Source: Asterionella formosa (taxonomy: Eukaryota). Taken from it: 58,748 nucleotides of DNA. The position numbers and the translations under genes were made by a program. The stretch spans positions 1 to 58,748 of the forward strand of contig NKIB01013367.1 in NCBI GenBank assembly GCA_002256025.1. The letters are read 5' to 3'. Shown in pieces: positions 32,185-43,603 of the stretch; position 1 is the first letter of the stretch; each line of letters starts with the position of its first letter. Under the pieces are notes generated by a model. That model was not told the origin of the DNA, did not search any database, and saw only the letters and a program-made list of their open reading frames with translations.

Positions 32185-32944
32185 TTATCGAGGAGCCGGA
32201 TCCTCTAACGTATAAGAATCTCCTCCGTTCGTAATGTCAGATTGGCGGAAAATTTCATTGAACGCATCAGGCTGCTTAACACCGACAAATCGAATCCCAA
32301 AAATCAGCACGAGCGTAAAAACAGCCATGATGATCCCTCCAGTACCCATTGCAAATAGAAAAAGCGAGATCATCAAATCGACCATGTATCTTCCCCGAAA
32401 GGTAAAGAGGTGTTCTCCAAATCGACTGGATTCAAGTTTCGAAATAATGAAGGTAGGAGATTCCACGGCAACAAAGAGCATGATCAAAGCGCCTAGGGCT
32501 GTCAAGGTTCCAACCAATGCATCAAGGTAGTACGGGATGGCAGCAAAATAAATGGCGACAAAGATATCGAGCTGTGGATGGGGAATGACAAAGATGGTAA
32601 GAGAAACAGATTACTAATGTCATCGTGATGCTTGAAGCAGGCGTTACAAACAAAGTCACCTCCAGCCAAGGATGGAGCCAGCGTGTATGTTCGATAAATA
32701 TAAATGTAGATATCGGGAATAAACACAAAATAACTATCATACAACTCAACGCCATTCGCTTAAGTATGAACAGATAAAAACTATATAGGGATATGAATAT
32801 ATATATAGGCAATGCGACGGTAAATACTGCTGGCGTAACATGCACGATTTTCAGTGCTTTCGCAGTCAATAAAAATGAACTCACCAAATAGACCAAAGCG
32901 GAAAGCGTTCGGAACGATCTTGTCAAACGGTGTTTAGAGGACAT
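32185..32944 (-). CDS. Multi-pass membrane protein (two exons, 223 aa), weakly COPI-associated/TVP15-like
   Basis: Exon 1 is 32944-32660 (95 codons). An 88 bp GTGACT...CCACAG intron spans 32659-32572. Exon 2 is 32571-32185 and joins in frame as HPWLE|LDIFVAIY. Several hydrophobic helices; FGEHLFTFRGR motif. Confidence 0.7.
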
Positions 32945-34081
32945 GATGATAGCTTCGATGATCGGTTAGACGACCAGGAAATTGAATGATACTGCAAGAA
33001 GTGGACAGCAGAAATGGCATCAACAAAACTTTTTGAGAACTTCAGTTCTGATTTGTTCGGGAACAAGCGCGCACCGCCTGACTGACATCAATGCTTGAAC
33101 CACTACCGGTATTTCAGTACGTTCGATCGATTAGTACGACTAAAAACTGATATACCGGTATTCATTTCCATCATCTTAGATGCTCCTGATATGCACGAGA
33201 GGTGGGGGATTATGATTGGACTAACGATTCAGTCAGGTTCCATCGACAACGGAAGATATGATTGTTTGTTTTGATGCATTTACCGGTATCCATTTTGGAG
33301 GTTCAAAGCGGTATATAAAATATCTTAATGTTCTTCAGGGAAGACGGATTACAACGTTTCATAATGCATATTCGGGATCAGTTTCCGGTACTACTTACAC
33401 TCGGGATGATTTCCACTATGGGGATCTAAATAAATATATAATAATAAGGTTTACCAGAGTCATGTATGTGTACATTCCTCCGAGGTCGTGGTAAACCGCT
33501 AATTTGTACAAAAAAGGTCTATCGACACTTTCATGTATAAATATTGATGAATGTTCAGTGTACCTCGTTCATACTCTGAAAAGCGCTATATGATAAATGA
33601 TCTTACTACCGGTAGTCTAGAATTATGTAGATGAACTGACCTCGATTGTTTTGGCGTGTTTTTGGTAGTAGAATCGCGCCTCGATTCGAATGTTCGCTGT
33701 AGATCCCCCCCTTTTTCATTGAACTTTTGTTTGTCAATAGAAATAAGAAGAAGGATATAACACCAAAACAACAACAATACATTGCAGATTGCTTGCTTGC
33801 TGTTTTGCAACCAAAAAAGGGAGGCTAATGAGAGCACAAAACTTCAGCTATATTGTTCAATGTCTATTCCTGATATATCTTTTGTTCAGAAAAGCATGCT
33901 TGTTACTTTATTTAGATTTATCTCTTTGGTAGTAAATGCTGATATTAAACACACATATATACAGGTCAGCATGCTGACCAACGAAAATCAATAGCCCTAA
34001 ATAATGCACATGTATTCCTAGCTATTTAGCATTATACTCACCTGACTATATTTTCATCATTTTTATAGCGCATTCTTACTA

Positions 34082-34729
34082 CCATATACTTCATTGTCCT
34101 GGACCCCCCCCTATGGTTGCTGGACCCCCCTGTACATTTTTCTCGAGGTGGAACCAAACACCCAATAATTTTCTTGTCATAGACAAAGTAATGTGCTATA
34201 TTTCTTTTTCTCCTCATAGGCACTACTATAAAATAATTTAGCTACCATTTTGCGATTCTTTTGTACATACAAAACACAAGAGACGACAGGTAGTGGCTGT
34301 GAGCAGCTGGAGAATCCTTCATGATGTTGTCGCAACCTTGACCATGATGAAAATACGAATTATCTCCACGAAAATAGAGAACGACGCTTTGCTACTTGCT
34401 ACCTGTATTAAGAACGACATGGAAAATACAATCGTAAAAGAAGTAAAGTAATAACACTAATAATGACAACGAAAATTGAGATCGCCGAAAACAACATGAA
34501 GTCGCATTTTTCTTGCGAGGTGAAGAACTCTCTCATTTTTCACAAGACGACAATAATTGTCATATTAATACATCTTAGAAAAATGTGGGCTATCCTGTAG
34601 AACTAAAGAAATTTACTTAGGTTCATTATAAGGGAAATCTCTTCATTGTCCTGGGCCCCCCTTAAGTAAAATCAGTCGAATTCAGTCACAGCAGTGTACA
34701 TTGGGGGTCCAGGACAATGAAGTATACGG
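34082..34729. mobile_element. Non-autonomous pogo/Tc2-type element (MITE), 648 bp
   Basis: TIRs CCATATACTTCATTGTCCTGGACCCCC and GGGGGTCCAGGACAATGAAGTATACGG match at 26/27. TA on both sides (34080-81, 34730-31). An extra internal TIR-like copy lies at 34641-34661. No ORF. Confidence 0.92.
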
Positions 34730-34731
34730 TA

Positions 34732-36520
34732 GTCTATTTCTAGATTTGCTCTCCATGGCCCACATAAGGTGGGGTGGTGGAAAGTTTGGGGGCTAGTCAC
34801 TTCCTCGAATAGAAGTAATGTACAAAAAATTTGTGGTAGCTTTGATCTTGGAGCAATTCTCTATGGCAGCCAGTACATTGCGTCTCAACCTGAAAATTGA
34901 ATTGGTAGTTTGGATTGCTGTAAAGATTTCCTCTGTGACTCTGCTACCCTTGGTTTTTTGAAGTGATAGATTGTGCTGTGCTTGGAAAATATGTAGCTAT
35001 AGATTGCGGGCCAGTTTCTACAGCCACTTTTGAGGCTGCGAAAAGATATATGCTTGTTCCAGAAACCGCCGTTTTTTCCTATCCTAATGTTTAATAGATC
35101 CTGCATTTTGCACTAAACAGACACACATTCCTTGTCAAGACTTCATCCTCCCTTGCATAATATTTTTTGGTTTGTCTATCATAGTATGCTGATTGAGATA
35201 TCTTATTATTTTTCCTGTTGTGAAGTACCTTATTCCTTTCTTTCTGTGCGTTAGTGGCCAATAGCCATATTTGAGCAGTCCCCATCCGGCTCCTTTTCTT
35301 CTGTGTTGCAACTGGCATAAGATTGCAGCATGTTGTTTATGCCTTTGACTGAGTTGCCTGTGGATGAAGACAGCAGCAAGTTGTCTGCGCCACAATCTAG
35401 CTGTAGCTGTTGAAACAAGTGATTACCCAGCTTTTTGTTGCTTGTGATGCAGATTTTCATCTTTACTGTGACATTAGACATGGAAAGACTGCTCTTTTCT
35501 CTCAGGTTTTTCATCATCGCTGCTGCTGATATCATAGTCACTGTTTTTCTCGTAATCATTTGTTTGATTGAGCTTGAACACTGTTGCTAACATCAGGTCC
35601 TTCCAAAATTTCAGCCAAACGTTGTGAAAAGTCACAGCCACTGAAAGTGGTGTCACAGACATTGCCAACCTGTGGCAATGTCATCTCCATGGAGACAGAA
35701 TCATTGGTGTCACTGGGATTAACGGTTAAGTCATACATGGATTCCACAACAGCACGGAATCTACTGCTAGCAGCCAGCCCGTGTTGTAGTCATTATTCCG
35801 GCTTCTGCTTTTGGAGTTTTTCCTGTTACCGTTGCCTTTTCATTCCTTGTTGCAGGCGTTGTTCCGGTTACCGCATCGACTGGAATGCCCGCCTTTTCAT
35901 TCCTTGTTGCTCCAGTTGTTCCGGTTTCCGCATGATTGACTGGAGTTGTACCTGTGCACGCCTTTTCATTCTTTGTTGCTGTCGCTGTTCCGGTTTCCGC
36001 ATTGACTGGAGTTGTACCTGTGTACGCGCGCCTTTTCATTCGTTGTTGCTGTCGTTGCTCTGGTTTCCTTATTGACTGGAGTTGTTCCTGAGCCCGCCTT
36101 TTCATTCTTTGTTGCTGTCGTTGTTCCGGTTTTGGCATTGACTGGAGATGTACCATGTATGCCTTCTTTTCATTTCCCGCCTTTTCATTCTTTGTTGCTG
36201 TCCGGTTTCCGCATGATTAACTGGAGTTATACCTTTGCACACCTTATAATTCTTTGTTCTTGCTGTTGTTGCTCCGGTTTCCGCATTGACTGGAGTTGTG
36301 TCTGATCCCGCCCGCTTTTTCATTGAAAAAACCAAAAGCTACAGCATTGAAAAGGGTGCGAAAGGATTCTCTCATTCTCTGTGCATCACCAATACTGGCT
36401 GACAATGGCATTGCCATGATCATTGGATGAAGATGTAGAAATGTATGAGAATTCACTCACCACATACTCTTCATCACTACTGTCTTCATTGCGATTCTTC
36501 TTATTCGAAGAATTCATCTC
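34732..36520 (-). pseudogene. Long degenerate ORF of an unclassified repeat element
   Basis: Protein-like fragments across frameshifts from an ATG near 36517 (MNSSNKKNRNEDSSDEE...) through a Thr-rich minisatellite and acidic tract. The 3' part is paralogous to ~1360-1520. Confidence 0.4.
35797..36325. repeat. Degenerate coding minisatellite, about 8 units of ~55-70 bp
   Basis: Unit approximately CCGGTTTCCGCATTGACTGGAGTTGTACCTGTGCACGCCTTTTCATTCTTTGTTGCTGTCGCTGTT. The minus strand reads TTPVNAETGTATATKNEKA. Confidence 0.9.
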
Positions 36521-36731
36521 AAATCAGGAGAGGAGCTTTTCCGGTATACAAGTACAAGATGAAGGGCTGTGAGCAATCAATAGATTTAGTTGTGCATTGA
36601 CTTCTACTGAAGATTCAATGCAAGTAGATATGTACACGTGGCTACAGGTATGCATTTGACAGGAGAGATTGCTATCACTCACTCGTCCTACTGCTATCTA
36701 AATAAATCTAAGTTTTGATAGAGAAAAGAGG

Positions 36732-37210
36732 TTTTGGGTGAAATAAAAATTACCCAAATATTAGATATGAGGAATCATGGGGCCTGCATCAGAAATATAA
36801 TTACTTACAGCTAATTTATTTTAAAGAACAAAATTACAAACCAGATTTTGAGTGCTCATATCATTTCAGCTGAAATGACGTAACAGATCTCATTCAACGA
36901 AGATGGATATCGAGAGCTACAGCAAATGCAGTCCTGTTGTGTAGACTCTACTCTCCCAATTCAAGTCACAAGTACTACTACTCTACTCTGTTTCTACCTT
37001 TTCAGAGTCCTTGACACCAAGGTTACTCCATTTTGGGTGAAATAAAAATTACCCAAAAATTAGATAGGAGGAATCATGAGGCCTGCGTCAGAAATATATT
37101 TACTTACAGCTAATTTATTTTAAAGAACAAAATTACTCACCAGATTTTGTGTGCTCATATGCATCATTTCAACTGAATAAAACAATTCATCTGAAATGAC
37201 GTAACAGATC
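36732..37210. repeat. Direct repeat pair (~158 bp at 36732-36889; ~180 bp at 37031-37210)
   Basis: Both start TTTTGGGTGAAATAAAAATTACCCAAA and end CTGAAATGACGTAACAGATC. Copy 1 has the 18 bp palindrome TCATTTCAGCTGAAATGA. Confidence 0.92.
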
Positions 37211-38104
37211 GACCGAAAAACCATGAAGAACACGGATTAGGGTAAGTTTAGAAGTCACCGAATCATAAGATATACGACAATCAATATAAAAGTTTCTATA
37301 TTGATTTGAACCTTCACCTCATTTACGACAATATAGTATATCTTGTCTTGGTATTGACTTCTACGGAGATGGCTAATAATTTAGGCGCATGGCATCATCA
37401 TGCAAATGCGTTATGTATGATTACGGCTATACCAGGTAGAAAGTACATACCAGGTTTTCATCGCATCTTTCTAATAACACGCATGACAAGTGCTTTAACA
37501 CATGACCTAAGAATCCATCCTCGAAAAATTAGATAAATTTATACACGCATAGTCTATCTAGCAAAAAGTATATACTGCGGGCCATGACCCGTTGAATTCA
37601 CATTTTAGCTGTTTTGTTATCATCGTATCTTCTGATGAAATCGTTCAATCAGAATTCTAACATCACAGCTTGATTGATCGATGCTGATCTGACACTGTCG
37701 AACAAACGGGTCCGCAATTTGGTAGAATTTACCATTAGTCGGAGGAGTCAAACAAACACCCTGACTCAATGGGTCATGGCAGTATTTTACTGGTACCTGC
37801 TGGTACTCCCTCTGTCTAGTATCAGTTGCATCGATTCGCCGGCACCACCAGTGTCTTTACTGTTCGCATATGAAGGATTATGTAGCCAACATACCAATTT
37901 TCTACGTGAGGGTCGGCTTACTCGAAAAAATGCGTTTTTTATGAGTTACATAGACATGAACGTACACTCTGTTTTTGTAATTAAATATTTAGCATCTAAA
38001 TAAGTTAATCGAAACCAATTTAACATATTTTTATATATTGGGTACATGTAGATAGATATCAAGCAATGCTAATGCATTGATTTTGCATCATCATTTTTGT
38101 CAAA

Positions 38105-38520
38105 ATGGATGTTGACTTTGCCAATGCGCCCATTCCTAATGGTCAGATCCTTGGCTTGATGGCCAGAAACAATGGTTACAGTTGCGCTCATCATCACTGC
38201 CTGTTGCGGATCAACAGTAAAGGTTGGCTCTGTGGTTTTCTTCTCTTTCTGTATTGTGTTGGACGAGATCCTCCAAGAACTCAAGGATGCTATCGAGGTG
38301 ACCATGGACTGTGATCTCCATCCAGAAGGTCAAAGGTGCAGAGTTGGGTATCTTGCAAGGAGGATTGCGCATAACAAAGTCGAGGCAGCGCAGTATGTTA
38401 ATAGTACTGCTGTAGTTATTGAACTAGCTACTACAAGATTCTAAGGAGCAAACAAAACGGAGAATGAATATGCGAGGTTATGGAGTAGCTCTTTTTACGT
38501 TTCAAAATCCTACTGCTGTG
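38105..38520 (+). pseudogene. Second (cargo) ORF of mariner copy 2, with a frameshift after HHHC
   Basis: MDVDFANAPIPNGQILGLMARNNGYSCAHHHC / CGSTVKVGSVVFF...KDAIEV...RCRVGYLARRIAHNKVEAAQYVN. Clear homologue of 14313-14723. Confidence 0.75.
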
Positions 38521-38704
38521 TAGTTAAATAAAATCCAACTATAGTTATCCAGCTTGTCAAAGAAAATATAAGTTCAATACATATAGAACCATTAACAGCC
38601 ACCAGTGCTAGTATATATATAAGGGGGAACGTCTTTTGATCCAATGCAGCCGTGCAAAATGGCGCCGGAGACGAAAACCCCCTTCTTATCATTACAACCT
38701 ACTG

Positions 38705-40207
38705 TTAAAAAAGATCATCCAGAAATGTGCTAGCCAACTCAATTGCTCCTTCCCCAGCTGCTAGCCTATCAAGTAAAATTCCCGCCTGTTCCAGAGCCGC
38801 CTTTCCAATGTGAGGTAGTATGTTATAATTGTTTTCGCCATTGACCAAAATAATCTCTTCCACCAAGCAACCCTGTAATGTTAAGAAAGAACAATTTAAT
38901 TTGTTTGGTTCAAAAAAACGAATGCTGCCTGCACTGCCTCTATCAAACCGTCGATGTTGTTGTGGGCTACTTCCACAGAGTCCCATTGACCTGACTGTAC
39001 TGCCCCAAAAAAGATAGATCGTTGATATTTAAATCCGGACTGTTCGCTGGTTGCTTAGTCAATCGATATCCCATTCTTCATCTGTTGGTGCAGCTCCTAC
39101 AAAGGGAGTAAAATCGGAACCAAAATGTGCTGAAGCATTGTTGTGCTGTAGATATTTTCGTATGTTTCCATCAGGCCACTTCGCTTTTATCATCGGTAAA
39201 ATATTATCAACAATCATGTCAGCATATGACTGTTTTGTCACTGGTGGGAGTGACTTTGTTTCCATTGTCCCTGCCGGTCGATAAATTGAACTTCTTTGCG
39301 CTGCTACTTGGTGCACAAATGGCCGAATTCCAATTTTACCATCAAACATACACACTTTTTCGTCGTCAAATCGCGGATGTGTTGCAGCAGAAAGGAACAA
39401 GACCTTTTCGATATGCTCCTTATGTTTCGTCCGCCTTGTGGGAGCCTCTTCTCCATGGGCCAGATATATTTTCAACTTTCCTTCTGAAACAAAGAACCAC
39501 TTTTCATCTATATGGACCTGGTTGTAGAAGCCATCATAGTAACCAAACAGTCCCGGATCGAAATCAACGTCAGGGGAAGGATGTTCTTGATCTGGATGGT
39601 TCAATTGTAAATGATTAAAACAAGGCATAAAATGACTTATCTTACCCTCCTCCGAAAGCATTGGCTTGACTGCACTTGTGTGCAGTCGTATTACATTCTC
39701 TCTGTTATCCTTTGCAATCCAAAAAACTGTTGACTTGGGAAGGGCAAGAGCAGCTGCTAATTTACGATACAAAGTACGCTTGCGATATGGAATACCTCTA
39801 ATCGCTGCAATTATTTCTTCATGTGGGTATTTGCGAGTATACCCAGTCAATAATTTGCAGGAAAGTGATGCAAACACGTAAGTATCATCATTATAATAGG
39901 ATTCAAGCGCATGGTTCCAAATACGTTGTAAAGTTGTTTTATCAACTTTGAACCGGCCCACCAAAAATTTAACTGTTCCACGCACTAAAATGAGCCGACC
40001 ATCTATTTTGTCCCCTCCATCAGGTCCTTTTTGGAGGTTCCGTAAACCATAATCCAACACAAGTTGACGCTCTTCTGGTGTTAGATGCTTTCTCATGTGC
40101 TTGTTGAGAAGAGGTGGTGGCAAGAAAAAAGGGGGGTCAGGCATCTGCATTTCGCTCGAGATGAGCAAAAGTGGAAGTCGAAAAAGCCGAAAAACGTTTT
40201 TTTTCAA
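38705..40207 (-). pseudogene. DD39D mariner transposase, frameshifted, with the second catalytic Asp changed to Asn
   Basis: VHIDEKWF, KVLFLSA...PRFD, FDGKIGI.PFV, QRSS..RPAGTMETK, LQHNNA (for QxDNA). After a frameshift near 39059: QPANSPDLNINDLSF; then FLTLQGC..EII..NG.N.Y...HIGK..LE..G.L. Confidence 0.92.
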
Positions 40208-40371
40208 ATGTAGTTGCCAATTTTACTCTTTCTGTATATAATATATGCATGGATCGCTAGCTTATTAGCAAGCTGTGCACCATAGGGCTATTGAGCCGGA
40301 GAAAATCGTAGGAGTCAAAATGGCCCCGGATAAATTTGAATTATCGATGCAATGTTACTAGACAGAGGGAG

Positions 40372-40690
40372 TACCTGGTACCAATAAAAACGGTAGATAC
40401 CATACCACCAGGCCAACAAGGATTGCTTCCGAGTTCCAAAGAGCACAGCACTAGGTAGCACAAGGGTACCAGGTACCTAAATTTCTTATGGACCATATGT
40501 ACCGGTATGTACCTGGTTGTACCAAGGTACCAAGTACCAGGTACCGCCAGCTTTATTTCAGTTGCGGCACCCAGCATCTTTCGCCCAAATAGTACCTGGT
40601 ACCAGGTACCAGGAAATTAAAAAAAGGCGCAGACGTGCTACCGGTACTGGTACTGGTTCCAGGAGGTACCGCAAGGAAAGGTACCGGCAA
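40372..40690. promoter_or_regulatory. Dense GGTACC motif array upstream of the dsRBD gene, abutting mariner copy 2
   Basis: Many GGTACC/GGTACCAGGTACC units immediately after the TIR. Confidence 0.45.
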
Positions 40691-40782
40691 CAAAACTCAG
40701 AAAAGACCCAACTTGTCCTTCCTGTTGACTCGATTGCGCTCCACTTTCTTCTCCGATCATTGTGTTAACAAAGCAAAGGAGC

Positions 40783-41592
40783 ATGGGTCGTAAGAAGCGC
40801 AATGCACAAGGAGGTGACGATGCACATGATATATCAGACCAGCCACAAGTAAAGAAGCCAAAACTCCAAGAAGAAAAGTACCTGGTCAAGAAGTATCGCC
40901 CGGAACGGCACTACGATTCCATGGATGCGTTCGTCAAGTACACCAAATCGCATCGCATGCTGGACGCGGCATACGTGAGATGGTTTAAGGGGATGACGCC
41001 GGAAAAGCCTTTTGTTTTCTCAACAAGAGTTGGTGGGGTCGATCTGGGATGGGGTCGAGGTAGAACGCGAGAAGCAGCGATGGAAGCAGCATGTCGAGCA
41101 GCATTCGCCCTTGTCGCAGCACATGGGTATAACAATTTTCCTGTTGATGATGATTGTCTCACCACGGAACCATTGGAAAATGCGCCCTTGCCCCCGCCCC
41201 CTCCACCGCCAATGCCTGGTATGCTTCCACTGCCGCCCTTGCCTCCTGGGTATCCGCCGGGCTTCCTCACTGTTCCTCCTCCGCCTGGTCTTCCACCTCC
41301 TTTGCCTCCAGGGGTGCCTCTGCCTTTCAGTAATGATTTGATCCCACAGCCTCAGGCACTTTCTAGTGTTGTGTCAGTGCCATCAAGCTTGACGACTGCG
41401 GACAAGAATTCTTCATCCATTTCAATGTCCTTTTCTACGTTGATGCCACCAGAGCCACCCAGAAGCAAGAAACTCAAAGGGGGCCTCACGCTCGTATACG
41501 ATGCTGACGATGGTCCAGACGAGCTCTGTATTGAGGAGCGACGGGGTTTATTGGTGCGCTATCAAACTATGCTTCGAAAAGTTATTTCCTAA
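40783..41592 (+). CDS. dsRNA-binding-domain-like, proline-rich protein with a ZNF207/BuGZ-like C-terminal motif
   Basis: ATG at 40783 followed by a basic NLS-like start. F.FSTRVGG..LGWGRGRTREAAMEAAC.AA fits the dsRBD beta-beta-alpha pattern. Poly-Pro region, then tail LVYD...ELCIEERRGLLVRYQ. Confidence 0.75.
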   Translation: MGRKKRNAQGGDDAHDISDQPQVKKPKLQEEKYLVKKYRPERHYDSMDAFVKYTKSHRMLDAAYVRWFKGMTPEKPFVFSTRVGGVDLGWGRGRTREAAMEAACRAAFALVAAHGYNNFPVDDDCLTTEPLENAPLPPPPPPPMPGMLPLPPLPPGYPPGFLTVPPPPGLPPPLPPGVPLPFSNDLIPQPQALSSVVSVPSSLTTADKNSSSISMSFSTLMPPEPPRSKKLKGGLTLVYDADDGPDELCIEERRGLLVRYQTMLRKVIS

Positions 41593-42472
41593 TGAAGGTA
41601 AGCCCAGACTATCGAGAATGGAACACTAACTTGATTGTACAAACGAAAGGCGATTCGTAGGAAGAAACTGAGGTCATTCGATCGCCTAGCGGAAGTGGAG
41701 GTTACAGGTTTTATTCAGCACTGTCCTATTTTCTAGTGATGAAAAAATACGTGAGATAAGTACAGTTTCTGAATCGAAATAGAAGAACCAAACTTTTCAA
41801 GCTTCACTGACACTTTGACCGAGATGGATTCATTTGATCCAACTTGTGCTCGCAAAAGAAACGTAAGTCCCTCATGTTAGAAGCTAGAATGATTTTTGTC
41901 ACCCTATGATAATCAGATTACATTCCGAGAGTACTGTTACCGTTATCGTATGTTCCATGAGTCACCCCATCGTCACGGATGTGCAGATGCTGGAGTACTA
42001 TGATAGAAATGTATCGGTAATACCTGCAGTCATCGTGTGCAACCACCGGTGATATTCTATTCTTGAGATGCTATGTATAGACTCTAAATCTATCACAACC
42101 CTCGTGATTTGGTTTGTACGCTTTTATCTGTTGAACACGTGTAGTCTAGACGACGTCGCTGTGAATTCATTCCCAATTTTTTCGTCCAATCTTGCAAAAT
42201 CATTTTATGAGCCGCCCTTGATCGATTTGCAACAACGACAAGTCAGGTTTGGCCAGTGACATCACTAAGATATAAAATGAAGTACAAGAGGAGGTACTTT
42301 TACACTCTAGTTTACATATATTTAACTCCAACGATTGTTTGGCTGGCATGTTGGAAAGTGAACCCTTGAAGAAACATCCGAATATTTCTTTTATGCTTTT
42401 TCAAGAGCAAATCCGTTGTCAACTCAGGTAGGTATTCTAATTGATATTGAGTAAGTTTACATCCTCCCTGCA

Positions 42473-42988
42473 CTACACTCGGTTGAATGAGTATGTTTTT
42501 TTTAGTATATCCGCCTCGCACAATTCAACTTCATCTGAGTATTCGACGCCCTCGGCAATTACTGCTTCCACTGGGGGAGGCAAGCGTTTTGCTCGTGCCT
42601 CCGGTTTTCTTTGTTTCCGGGCCGGAGCGCATTCTATCAAATCTTGAGTGAATTCATTCAATTTCTCAGCAAAGTCTAAAACACTCTTTCTGGGCCACAA
42701 ATCTAGTCGATTTATCGGGGGGGTCAGATGGCACGGCGATGGCGTTGTCGACACTTTTGTCTTCCCCGTTGACCATCCCCTAGTGGAGCAGCTACTCCAT
42801 CCTGAAGATGAAGAGCTATCAGAATAGCTCATCAGATAGGTCAGGAACGAGGCCTGTAAGGGATTTCCCAAGCTGAAAGTGCATGCAGTTTCGTGTTGAT
42901 GATGTGACGCTGATTTACTTTTGTTTGAATTTTTCCCGGTGATGCAGTCGTGAACAGCGATCGGATTCAAAGGGCCATACAAAGGCAT
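42473..42988 (-). CDS. Hypothetical Ser-rich protein
   Basis: 171 aa ATG ORF with gene-like GC, divergent from the RING gene. No recognised domain. Confidence 0.35.
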   Translation of the reverse strand: MPLYGPLNPIAVHDCITGKNSNKSKSASHHQHETACTFSLGNPLQASFLTYLMSYSDSSSSSGWSSCSTRGWSTGKTKVSTTPSPCHLTPPINRLDLWPRKSVLDFAEKLNEFTQDLIECAPARKQRKPEARAKRLPPPVEAVIAEGVEYSDEVELCEADILKKTYSFNRV

Positions 42989-43603
42989 GTGTAGGAAAAT
43001 TTGCTCCAGTGTATGTACTGCACACTGTCATCCATTTTCAGGTTTATGATAATCTTAGTTCCTGTAGCTTATCATTTCCATACTAAAGACGATATGAAAT
43101 TCGTCAATATAGGATTTTCTGTTCAGTTCGATTTGCCAAAATTGTTTGCAAGATGTATATACCGGGTACTCATCAACGTTGAAATATGAATACTCGCTTT
43201 CCGATCCTCCACCGATCAAGGACTGATACATGCATGTTTAGGATACAAGTGCGAATATGTGATATTGCGCTGAGAGAGTAGGTAAAGCAAATGAGGGAAT
43301 TTTCCGTTGGGTCTAATGACGCATGCTCCACACTACCGGTATAATAACTTCTATTGATAGTTTTGACCTCTCGATTCGACATGGTCAAAATGGTTTCCGC
43401 GTTCCTAAGAATTGGTACCAGGTACCAATATCCTATTTGTCTGCGCCATCATATAAAATGAAGAACTGTACCAGGTACCAGGTACAAGGAACCACGGATG
43501 TCGAAAAGCGCGACAAGAGAAGCATGAAGACTATTGATCATCATAACAGTTTGCTTCAGCAAGGAAAGTTCACTATTGTCATCATCATTCCCTCCCCCTG
43601 GAC

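Larger units (their letters stand above)
37806..40371 (-). mobile_element. Mariner-like (DD39D type) DNA transposon, copy 2
   Basis: Perfect 16 bp terminal IR CTCCCTCTGTCTAGTA / TACTAGACAGAGGGAG, extending imperfectly to ~29 bp. TA on both sides (37804-05, 40372-73). Confidence 0.95.

Noticed and set aside
32502..32744. Apparent frameshift between ORFs 32522-32944 and 32185-32517
   Set aside because: It is explained by a canonical 88 bp intron (32572-32659).
35584..36075. Cys-rich 163 aa plus-strand ORF resembling a metallothionein
   Set aside because: It is the antisense reading of the Thr-rich minisatellite.
35797..36325. Possible CRISPR-like array
   Set aside because: Units are contiguous and degenerate with no unique spacers, there are no cas genes, and the context is eukaryotic.
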